A DNA stretch of 62,904 nt, counting the filler, from Choristocarpus tenellus KU-1152 (taxonomy: Eukaryota > Protista > Phaeophyceae): the NCBI GenBank assembly GCA_964200185.2. It is 11 parts of 11 records of this genome, joined end to end, with 100 filler letters (N's around TTAATTAATTAA, not from the genome) between each part and the next. Parts side by side here need not be neighbours in the genome. Positions count along the whole stretch, not along the records: positions 16,607 to 24,048 come from CAXNAD020006154.1; positions 24,149 to 30,641 come from CAXNAD020008005.1; positions 30,742 to 33,531 come from CAXNAD020024734.1; positions 33,632 to 44,822 come from CAXNAD020002461.1; 7 more parts are not named here. One strand, given 5' to 3'. Positions 23,901-35,209 of this stretch are shown here, piece by piece. Every line of letters starts with the position of its first letter. Within the stretch, counting starts at the first letter, position 1. The notes below the pieces were generated by a model that saw only the letters and a list, made by a program, of their open reading frames with translations, did no database searches and was not told where the DNA came from. The translations under genes and the position numbers were made by a program.

Positions 23901-24939
23901 AAAATATGCCACTTTGTACAATTGTAAAAAGAGATTTTGCTGAATCTTGTTGTCATTTTGTGTGGGAAAAGGGTCATCTCAGTTTGCGTCAACTATTGAC
24001 CCAAAGTATCTGGGGGGGGGGGGGGGGGTCCACCCGAGGGGGTCCCTTNNNNNNNNNNNNNNNNNNNNNNNNNNNNNNNNNNNNNNNNNNNNTTAATTAA
24101 TTAANNNNNNNNNNNNNNNNNNNNNNNNNNNNNNNNNNNNNNNNNNNNATCCTCAATAGTATGCTCCATCCTCAATTTTTAAAATCCACTGTTCTATCTC
24201 GCCTCCCCAGCTTTCAACCATGTGATGGAATCCCTTTTCCACACACAACCCATGGGAAAAAAATATTTCATAGCAAGGGATTGGTTATGATCAAAGATCA
24301 GTTCAAGAAAAGATGTGGGGATACAAGGAAGTGCTTTTCTGTGTCAACAGCAACAACTGCCCACTGATTTGTTCTACCCACACACAGTGTCAGTGCTTGG
24401 TGGAATGTGTAGTGTCGGTAGTGGCCAGTTTACTGGATCTATTTCGGAACAAGGAATGGCGTGAACATGTTGTGTTCTGCATCAAGGGGGCCTCCATTTC
24501 CCCTTGACTAACTTCGTTCCCAACCCACATGAAACAATACAGGTTGCCCCTCCCCAAAAATATATTTTTCACCACTGTAAGATCACATGTGATAATATCA
24601 CAAGACCTTGAATGAGATCATTTAGATTTCTGAGACAAGCAGAGTGGTTGACCACCGACCTATCAAAGCGACCCTCTGCTCAGAGAGACCTGGTTCGTTG
24701 AAATGAAGGATCCTCGCCCACAGACATTTCTCCTCCAGCTTCTAGTGGGGTTAGTACCATCAATGATCACCGCCTTCCTTTGGAAGTTCTCTCCTACTTA
24801 CTATTTTTCCTGTGATAGAACGCTGGCATACCATACTGCATGTTCACTCACGTTGACTGACCTCCCTGTAATCCACTAGCAATACCCTAAACACTTTGTC
24901 ACAGTACTACCCATTGACGAATCTCTCTGACTGTGCCAT

Positions 24940-25774
24940 CCTAAACTCGTGACCATGAATGATATATGAATATATCCTCAGATTAGGCTAGATGTAGACA
25001 GATTTTCCCACAGAAGTCAAGGATAGATGTTGTGAACCTAGCAGGAGTACGGTATCCTTTTTCTGTCCCTACTTTTTTTTGCAACAGGACGATCTGAGGT
25101 GATTGATGATATCTGTTGTCTTCACTGGTGAAAATCGCCTGTGGTAAGCGTGAAACATGTATCGCTAGTTCATGCTGGGGGGCTTGTTACAGGCGAATAG
25201 CGCGAGCATTTTTTCTTGTATTTGAACAAAGTGCAAGCATTTGTTGCACGCGAATAGCGCGAGCATTTTATCCTCATGTTTCAGCATATACGAACATTTA
25301 TGACAGACTTATAGTGTGAAGATTGTTTCTCGAGTTCTAACAAGTACGAACTATATACGATATTAGTAACATATAGGTAGCCTTACTGGATAAATGATTA
25401 TTTTGATAGGAGACGCAGAGTAAGACTTGAAATTCGAACATAATCTTACAGAATAGGTGTCAATTTCTGGAAGTTGCAGAGTAAAGATTCATGATTAAAC
25501 TATCCACTTAACAGTTTGCAGACTTCATTTAACTCTTTGTCTGTAGAAAACTGGTGGAACATGCTAATAGAAGGCTGATGAAGACCACCACGTTCTCAGA
25601 CCTTTGTGATTGAACCTCTATTGATAAAGCGAAAGCGAGATATCGACTGAGCTAAACATCAAGCCGACACCGTACGTGGTTATCATATGTGGACCCCCCT
25701 CGTAGCGTCGTTTTAAGTCGTTGGATTTGAGTTGTACATCCTGGGAAGGTGAGCATTGAGGGGCGCCTGTAACA
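24940..25774 (+). mobile_element. Gypsy 3' UTR, PPT and 3' LTR (LTR 25185-25774)
   Basis: GCTGGGGGGCT|TGTTACAGGCG...CGCCTGTAACA; upstream sequence matches 29330-29520 and 30085-30133. Confidence 0.88.
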
Positions 25775-26049
25775 CATCCCCTGATTTTTAAATTTCATTT
25801 TCTTTTCATAGTTGTTACCCTCCTTATTTTCTTTTTTTCTTCCCTTTTACTTTTTGTGCCTTTTTTATTTTATTTACTATTCAGTTTCCACTTTGTTACC
25901 CTCATCATTCACACATTCTTTAACATTTACTTTCTATTTATTGCTCATTTTATCTTTATTTCTTCTCTTTATTTATTATTAGTACAGTTTGTTGCTCTCA
26001 TTGACCCTTCTTTATTTATTTTATTTTATTTTATTTCATTGCCTGTTTT

Positions 26050-26720
26050 GCACACTAGCAGAGCAGCCTTGAGCATGCTTTGTTCATGGGGGGCACAGGA
26101 CAGGCAATAATCAGATGCTGTGTAGGTCATGAATAATGTAAGTCTAATCCTTGATAGCACTTACATTTATATAACCGGGAAGATTGGAATGGAAGACACA
26201 CGAATTGTATGCCTAATCATAGCTATGTATTTTGTAACTTTTGAAGGTCTAGTTCAAAAGAAACAAGATATACTCGGACTAGGCCAGGGGCAATCTGACT
26301 CTAATGTTATTCTGTGACCTTCGAAAATTTTCCCAGGTTAGACAAGGATATTTGCCGACCTCTTTTGAGGCTAGTTGGAGTTATATATATTTTATAATAA
26401 AAGTATATACTCTTATTTGGTCCGACATATATTGATCTTGACTGTGCCTTATGACTTTTGAGGATCCGTTCTCAAAGGAAACGAGAGGATTGTTGATCAT
26501 TGTTGGAATCCATGGGTTAATTTAGAACTGGAGTCCCTATGTTGGAGAAAACTGACAGAGTCGGAACTGAAGCCCCTATGTTACCAAATGGCTATTATGC
26601 ATGCCACCACAGCATGATCTAAGGTGATGGATATTTATTATCCAGATAATGATTATTGCCTGTGGAAAGCATGGAACAGGTAGTCCCTGCATGGAACATA
26701 GGATATCAAACGTTGGCACC
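26050..26720 (+). mobile_element. Further Gypsy 3' UTR relic
   Basis: Homologous blocks to 29250-30110, e.g. GGGGGGCA..GACAGGCAATAAT and GAACTGGAGTCCCT. Confidence 0.65.
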
Positions 26721-27057
26721 ATGAAGTAACTTACATCAGAACAGATAGCAATTTATGTAAGATGTTTTTCTTTTTTGTTGAATATATATATCACCCCACA
26801 CTGTCCCCTTGCTCTCTCTGTGCGTTGGTAGATTCAGAACTAGAGTGTACTCCCCCTCACATAATGAACCGAGTCTAGGTGTAGCACAAATGTTACTTCA
26901 GAGAACAGTTGATACTGCACTCTCAGGAATACTGTCAGCTCTGCAAGATTGCTAAATGGGACCCGATAATCGAGACTTAGGCGTTAGAGGTTGGTTACCA
27001 CTCAGTAGTTCCCAGGATCAAAGTATGCCAGTGTGTAAACCCCCTTCCTCTGGTTAG

Positions 27058-29158
27058 ATGACCCCAGATAAAACACCTAGGGTAGACCCGAAACACACTC
27101 CACAGCAACTCCTTCCCCCACTTAACACCTCTAACACTTTTGGGTGTCAACCTTTAGACTCTACCCTCGAAGACAGGGTAGAAATAATGGAAAAGCAGGA
27201 GAAGAGAAGCCACCTTACAAGAAAAGGCGCACGAGTACACCAAGGCCAAAGAACAAGAAGGGCAGTGACAGGATAGTTCGAATGAGTGAGGTGGTTCAAT
27301 ACCACCCGACCCTCACGGGATCGATGGCTACTCTATCGGACGTGCCAGGGCTAGTGGAGAGGCAAAGAGAAAGACCCCTTCTTGGACAGCATACGGGGTG
27401 TCCTCGAAGGCCAAGAACACTGGAAGTCGTCAATCGAATGGGGAAAAGGGAGTATAGATGTGGAGTCATATTCCTTGGATGATACAGAGTTTCTCTGGTA
27501 CACCCCTGGAGAGTATGCACCTAGGCTAGCAGTTCCTCGGTCACTAGTGTCAGCATCATAGCACTAGTTCACCTGCAGACTAGCCATCAGGGAGTTGGAT
27601 GCACAGTAGCCCTAACCCGTCGATACTTCTTTTGGCCCTCACTCCACAAAGACACGCAGGATTATGTTTTATCCTGTGGCTGTCGCAGACGAAAGAGGAC
27701 CAGGAGTTCGCAAGTGGCAATGCTGCCAGCCAAGTTCCTGGAACCATGGGATGTACTCGAGATGGATCTGCAAGATGTAGGACACATCTCAGCAAAAAGG
27801 TAACAAGTATCTATTGATTGTGATTGATAGAGCTTCGAGATTCCCTTTTGTATTCCCAATGGCGTCAAAGGAGGCAACTAGAGTAGCAACAATTGTGTTG
27901 GAATTATGTCTTACATTTGGAATCCCTCTGTCAATTCGCGTAGTGATGCAGGAGGGGAGTTCACAGGAGACATAATGAATCACCTTTGCCGTTGGCTGAA
28001 AGTCCCTATCAATTATAGACCGACTGACAACTCGAGAGGACAAGGGGGAGTAGAAAAGATGGGAGGTCTACCTTTAGAAGTCCTGTCGGAGCTATGTGTG
28101 AAGTGGCCAGATAAATGGAATGAGTATATATCTCCAGCATGTTGGACACAACGCACTACCCCATATCCCTCTGACGTGCTCAACCCCACCCCCTTCCGAG
28201 TCTCGTTTGGCCGTGACCCCCGCACACAGCTAGAGGTCGTCATACCGAAGTTGGATAGGGACATAGAGGTTGGAGGATTGGATTCCTCCATCGAGCAGCG
28301 CAGGCAGAACTTCAGGGAGGTACGAGAAGTCCTGGAGAGAAGGATGTCCAATAGACAGAAGCACAGAAACAGAGCCAATGCTTTGATTACTAAATCTTCC
28401 CCAGGGCTCGGATCCAAAACAGGTGACCTAGTCCTAGTAAAAGAAGTAGACAGCTCTATTAATGGGGAAAGATTAGGTGAGACGAGAGTAGGGAGGAAGC
28501 TAGTCCATGAAAGGAGGACAGGACCATGGGCCGTGAAAGAAATATCACATCAAAGTAGTAGCATGACAGTAGAGCTGCTAGGCAAGCAAACTCGCACTCG
28601 TACTGCTCATGCTTCTCATGTAAAACCATTCCACGTACGACCCACTCATCTAAGACATAGCTTCCAAGAGGAGTATGCTCAACTAGTGTGGGAGTCGAAC
28701 CTGGGTCTAGCAGAGCAATCTGTGGTAGCAACCCCCATGTACACCTTTATAGACAGAAAAGCAAAATTGTCGCCATCCAATGTCTGGCATTGGGAGTACA
28801 GGGAAAGTACCAGATTAGAGAATTGTCAGATTGAATTACCGAGGAAGAGGCTATGGATAGCTTCACTCCACTACAGTTAGGTGTCTTCCATGCCCTATGG
28901 GACCTCTATAATCAAGACACGAGCCCACGCCCTACTGACACCTCCCGCCAAGGAAAATCCTTGTCTAGAGATGATGCATTACGCCTTTTCCCCACAGGTA
29001 CTACTGTCAAGAAGTCATGGAAAGACAAGAAGGGAAAGGATAAGTGGTACATAGGTACAGTTTTTGACTTCAAGTCACCTTACTGGAGGGTATGGTTTAC
29101 TGATGGGGATTGTGAGGAAATGAACAAAAGCCAAATGAGTCGTTTCTCCCGAAAATAA
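27058..29158 (+). pseudogene. Ty3/Gypsy pol 3' part: integrase zinc finger, DDE core, chromo-like and Tudor-like C-terminal domains (frameshifted)
   Basis: HQGVGCTVALTRRYFFWPSL..YVLSCGC; PWDVLEMDLQD; KYLLIVIDRASRF; RSDAGGEF; GQGGVEKMGG; TPFRVSFGRDPR; HASHVKPF. Confidence 0.92.
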
Positions 29159-30133
29159 TCCAACAGGTAACCACTACGCATCCAGAAGGCAAGGTACGTG
29201 AGGACTAACCGATTTACAGGCTAACGTTGATGCTATGGTCTGTTTTACGCACTAGCAACTGTCAGTATGCTTCGTGCTGGGGGGCATGAGACAGGCAATA
29301 ATTGGATGATACTTGGCACTCTAGGAAAGCTGTACTTTAGAGAGAACGAATATATCCTCAGAATTAGGCTAGACGCAGACAGACTTCCCCAAGTAGGATA
29401 GGGATACATGTTTAGGCCTAGTAGAAGGTTTGGCATATTTTTCTGCTCTTCCTTCTCCCTGCTACAGGACGATTTGAGGCGATTGATGATGTCTGTTGTC
29501 TTCACCAGTAACAACCACTTGTAGTAAACGTTGTTATATAGGATACATTTTCTTTTGTTATATCTTCTTCATTTCTTCATTTTGTTATCCTGAAGTCCCA
29601 GCCCAAACGAACAGGCATATTTAGATTAGGCAGACACAATTTGAATAAGAGTACATCCTATGACCTTGTGGATGGACTCTTTTTAAAAGAATTGCGGAGA
29701 TGAATCACATTTATGATTAAGGTGATCGGAACTGGGGTCTCTTAGGATAAATTATCCCAAGAAAAACATGGATATGTGTTGATCGATTCTGGACCTAGTT
29801 GAAGTTATCTATTATTAATTAAAATATATACTCTGATTAGCTCAGACATTTATTGATTCTGACTGTGTCTTAAGACTGTTGAGGAAATATTCTCGAGAAG
29901 AAACAGGGAGATATGTCAAATCATTGGTTGGAACTATCTGGAATTTGGAACCGAGGTCCCTGGGTTGGAAACAACTGACAAGTTTGGAACTGGAGTCCCT
30001 CTTTTGTGTGATGGCAACTAGCTCATGCTGCTACAGCGTTATCTGAGGTGACAGGTAATATCTATTGCCTTAACCGGTGACAATCGCCGGTGGTAAGCGT
30101 GAAACATGTATACCTAGTTCACGCTGGGGGGTA

Positions 30134-30580
30134 TGTTACAGGCGAATAACGCGAGTATTTCTTCCCGCGCTTTAACCAGCGCGAACAGTACACGCGCTTG
30201 GGGAACCCCAAAAGGGGGAACTCCGATTTGCCTAAAAGTTGCAGAATAAACTGTAACTCAGGTAGTTGCAGAGGCTCACGGATGGATGGTCGGAAAGGGT
30301 TCTCAGATATATGCCAGTATTTGTAAACCCGAATAAACCCCAAACGGTAAATGATGATTAGAGTTCCTAAAAACGGCTCAAAACGACTTAGTTCTTCTGA
30401 TCTCAAAAGATCCACATTTGATCACTCTTTATCTGATGATACCAAACTATATACATATTTCTTACACTGATTAATTCATTTGAGAGTACCCCTGTTCTGC
30501 TGAGCTGGCGTTCGATAATCTGTGAATTGGACTTGATTTGTACATCCTGTGGAGGTGAGCTTTGAGGGGCGCCTGTAACA
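30134..30580 (+). mobile_element. Gypsy 3' LTR (447 bp) preceded by PPT
   Basis: GCTGGGGGGTA|TGTTACAGGCG...CGCCTGTAACA, about 1 kb after the integrase stop. Confidence 0.9.
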
Positions 30581-31188
30581 TGATAACAGTAAATACGAAT
30601 TCTCAAGTCAATACACGAGGGACGATAATTTTACTGGTTATNNNNNNNNNNNNNNNNNNNNNNNNNNNNNNNNNNNNNNNNNNNNTTAATTAATTAANNN
30701 NNNNNNNNNNNNNNNNNNNNNNNNNNNNNNNNNNNNNNNNNGTTGGTCATCAAATGGGGAATAGAGGATAGAGGAATAAGAAAATAGGAATGTGCAAAAT
30801 AATAATAATAATCCAGAATTCTTGAGCAAAACAAACTGTATTATTATACTGATCACTCATCCCCAAACCGAACTATACAAGGGTCCACAAACCTACTGTG
30901 ATTACGTTCTACCTGTCAACTATCATATATATACTTGTCGCCTTTTTTCAAAAATAGGATTTGCGATTCATTTCTGTTTTGGAGAATTACCTTTTTGAAG
31001 CAAAAAAGGTACTATGCCGGGATATTTCTCTAATAAATAGGTAAAAAATGTAGCGTAACTGAATGAATCCCGTGAGTTCCGCGAATTCTTGGTGGGGCAT
31101 CATTTGGTGGTGGTCGCTTCATTACTCGCTCAGGTCTCTCAAAGACACTATTCCACTGGTGGTACACTTCAGTTGTACCCCCATACAG

Positions 31189-33531
31189 GGAAGGAGAAAC
31201 CATGGGAAACGCTGGCTCAAATCACACCACTATATCCCTCCCCGCAACAGAAGGTAATGGAGGGAGTAAGGGGTTGGCAACCCGACCGATCAAGAGGAAG
31301 GCGACGAGTATTGTGCAAGCTTCGAATGTGAGTGATTATTATCGAAGGATCATTTTGCTACCGTACCCCTCCTGCCTCTGCGGCCCAGCCTTATTCCATC
31401 TGCCCTTGCAATGCACATTTAGTAATTCATCCCTGGAATAGCTCCTCGTGTTCCATCATTTTTTCAGTCTGCATCAGAAGCCCCACAAATATCTTCTTCC
31501 CACTCCTCTCAAACAACTATCCAGCTCTGTGTGGAAGGCTTGCAGACTCAGGGACAAACAGGGACTGTCTTCAAAGTGCGATTTACCTGTGGAGATTTCG
31601 TCGTGGAGACTATCACCTTACAGGTGGATAGCCAAGGGAAGATCGAGTGGCCTGGATCTTGGTCCATCACTTGCTCAGACTATCCATTGATAGCGGAGGT
31701 GGCGGAATGGCCATTCGGACTCAAGGAAAGGGAAAGAGTGATCAAAATCTTCACCGTTATCCATGAAACATCGTGTTTGTCTAACACGTGGCACAGGTTG
31801 GTGCAGGACGAGCCAGCCCCCTTTGCAGTGGAAATCATAAATACCTGCCGTTGCTTCTTCATAATGCACTTCTCGTGAGACAACCTCTGTACCTTGACGA
31901 TTGATGCACCAATCACTTCCTCCTTTTCGCTCTATTAGGATCAACGTATCCAGATCTGGAGTGTCTCTCTACTTGGAGCTGAAACTCAACGGGACACCCC
32001 CAGCGCGCCCGGACTCGCCCACATCCGTCTCTAGTCCCCCATGTGTGCGTGCGTCTGGTGCACCAAAGCACAGTCATATGACAGATAATAATTGGATCAA
32101 TATGCGCAAGTCTGAAACCACGCCCATTTCCTCGCCTCCCTTTGCTCGGGATCATGAGGCTAGAATTCCAGGCGAAAAGAGGCTCTCTGTGGAGGAAGTC
32201 ATGAAGGCAAAGCCGTGGGTGTCAAGGGAATCCAACAGTCCCCCAGCCTCGGTCGAGGAGGTGGAAGAAGGCAGTCGAAGAGGCCTTAGTAGTATACCCT
32301 TGGTTGAGGACGAACTTTCTGCTTGTATAGGAGCAGAAGCTGGTGTTGTTGAGATGGATGCAACAGATTTGGAGAGGGTGGTGGTGGATGCAGTGGAGAA
32401 GAGTCAGGATGAGGAGGGTGTTTTTCGCGATGAACAGCCATTTCTTCAAGGAGATGGGGCAGAGTGGGAGCTCAGGTCTCATGATCGGTCTTCCGGTGTA
32501 GGCCGGGCTTTGCACCCCACAGGAGCCCCGATGGGGAAAGAGGTTGATAGTCATCAAGATCATGAATGTGATCAGGATCAGGATGAAGATCTACCCCTGA
32601 ACAGGGACCAAGATTATCAGGACTCAGAAGCAAAGCCCTCAACAGCATCAAAGGAAGCAGAAAAGAAACAGAGGTCACAGAGACTAGATCGAGATTCTAA
32701 GTCTCAGGGTTTAATTCGAGGACATAGAAGAGTGACAATGGCACCACTGGGAGAAGCAGCTCTGCCTGGAACGGGGAGGGCAGCACCAGTGGCGACAATG
32801 GCATGCCAAGGGGAGACTTGTAAGGATTTGGGGTGGGGTGACCTGAGCAATGATGAGCGTATAACATTGGAGGAAGCCCTTGATTTTATGGCTTTGAGGA
32901 CAACCAACGCAGAGGCTGTAACTGTGGCAGATACTCAGAACAACATTATCTTGAAAGGTGCAAAAAATAGGGCTAGGGCAGAAACTCACTCAGGACAAAT
33001 CCCCCTGAGCATGAATCAGGTGGATCAAGAAAAAGTTGAGTTCCGCAGAGATGCATTAGGCGCCAGTGTTGTATCCTCTGCAGATTGGCCCAGGACTGAG
33101 GCTGAAACAAGGACTTCACACAGCAGGCGCCGCCAGCGGGAGGGAGGATTCTCGTGGCTCATGTGGAAGAGGATGATGGGGAAGTCCAACGGTGGGGGGG
33201 TGGCAGGCTTGAGGAGGAGATCCTCCACGTCCTCCCCTGAGATTCCGCCTGCACATGACTCTCAAGGGAAGTTTGGTGGAGAAGAACTTGGCAATCCTAT
33301 GTCTATGCTCTCCAGACATTCGACAGCTGGTGGATGGCCTGTGGGTAGATCGATCTCAACTCAGCTTCAAGTCATGGATGTGACACGGCCGGGGGGGGGA
33401 GGGAAGTCATTGACGGGAGGATTGACGAACTCAAGCCTTGCTGCCATGGCAGCATTGCAGTCACAAAGTGGGCGGGCCAGGGCCTTTAGTGTAGGACAAG
33501 GAGGTTTTGGATTAGGGGGGTCAATTCAGGG
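31189..33531 (+). CDS. Partial spliced host gene: exons 31189-31253, 31525-31796, 31939->33531; beta-rich (C2-like) segment followed by a long disordered region
   Basis: AG/GT boundaries join in phase (..PQQK|LCVEGL..TWHR|INVSRSGVSLYLELKL); 1.6-kb stop-free frame; C2 resemblance is weak. Confidence 0.8.
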
Positions 33532-33631
33532 NNNNNNNNNNNNNNNNNNNNNNNNNNNNNNNNNNNNNNNNNNNNTTAATTAATTAANNNNNNNNNNNNN
33601 NNNNNNNNNNNNNNNNNNNNNNNNNNNNNNN

Positions 33632-33855
33632 GTGACTGTAAATCAGTGTTGAAGGGGGTTCACACTGGTTAGTCATCAGATGTGGGGGGGGTGACTAGAA
33701 ATCAGTGGTGAAGGGGGTTCGCACTGGTTGGTCATCAGAGGAGGGTGGTGACTGGGAATCAATTGCGAAAGGGGTTTGCATTGGTTGGTCATCTCAGGAG
33801 GGGGAGGTGACTGGAAATCAGTGGCGATGGGGTTCCTTCCCACTGGTTGATCACA
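33632..33855. repeat. About 58-bp tandem repeat, 4 units
   Basis: GTGACT..AAATCAGTG...AGGGGGTT..CACTGGTT.GTCATC at 33632, 33691, 33748, 33807. Confidence 0.85.
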
Positions 33856-35209
33856 TGTGGTGGTACAGTGGGGGGGAGGGGAATGGGTGGAATGAAAACA
33901 TGGAATAAAATAGTCATAATCCAGATTTCGTGAGCAAAACAAACTCTTTCTATGAAAGGGGTAAGGAATCCATCGAAGTAAACTGATCATATGGAAATAT
34001 ATTAAAATGTAGTTACCTTACCACACTGGCTCTCTTCAGTTTTTTGTTAGATATAGTTTACATCCTTACCACCATATCACCACCGACCACAACACAAAAG
34101 GTTTGGATACTGCCCCACATTGAAGTGAAGATAGTAAAATTTATAATTTGATTGAAATGTTCGTAATCCATCACCCCTACCCATCAAACGTATCAAAACG
34201 CTACCAATTGAAGATTGCAGATCATCAGTAAGTTGATTCCCCCTATGACAAAGTCGAAGTGTACTTGGAGTCTACTCAGTGCGGGTACATTGTTGGATCC
34301 TCTTAATCCTTGAGCGAGTGGTGAGAATATTAAGACATGCAGATCTGCGTGTTGAAACGGATATTTGATGATGGGCAGAGACTATCATTTTTTTCATGTA
34401 CTATGCCTGTTTTGTGGAAATATACACCCTTCAATGAGAGAATTCTAATGTAGGCAAGTTGTTACGCGGTTGGGAGCTACGCGCTAGCGTTTTCAATCAT
34501 CGTTTTCGCTCTGCTTGTTTCGAATCCATACCGATATTTCGTTCAATCTTTTTGTTGATCCTCACGTGCGATTGTTGGATTTGCAACATACAGTCTCGAC
34601 AGCATCAAGGTTATCATCACTTCCACCAGTAAGATAGATCGTGCTCAGTGATAGTTAACTTTCTGAAATGAGAGTTGAGTATGGGACACTCTTTCGCTAC
34701 TCTGCAGTGCACTCAAGTTGTGACAAATGTGTAGTAGAGAATAGTGGTCGCTGCCTTTGTCGCATTGTGATTGTCCTCTATGCAGTTAGCTCCGAGCCTC
34801 ATGCAAACCACCATACAATGCTGTTCATTAAACAAAATGAACAGACTATCCGACCTGCCTTCCACCTAAGACATGCGAAGAATAGCACGAGAAGGCGATT
34901 TCACGGATTCTAACCTAGGCTATCCGTAATGCCACGTTCAGCACTTCCCCCTTCCCACCCCCCTCTGCGAAACCTGCGTCTGTCCCCTGATTTTTCTTAG
35001 CGGTTTGGGCTATGAGGCATTGAGTCCATGCGCTCTCCTCGTTTGCCAACCCATAATATTTCCGTAAAGTTTCTGTATTCTTCAGCCACGGCATATCCAC
35101 CCAGTAACCCCTTTCGTTCCCCATACCGTCCATAACAACCTTATATTTCTCCGCCCTCCAACACTGGACCCTCCTCAACCAACGCACACCCTGCTTCATC
35201 CCCATCACA

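Noticed and set aside
25570-25620. Hammerhead ribozyme cores at CTGATGA sites (also about 5084 and 6340)
   Set aside because: No correctly placed GAAA and closing stems found by eye
31202-31253. MGNAGS N-myristoylation start for the 31-33 kb gene
   Set aside because: That frame is out of phase with the next exon; the KEKPWETLAQ frame splices in phase
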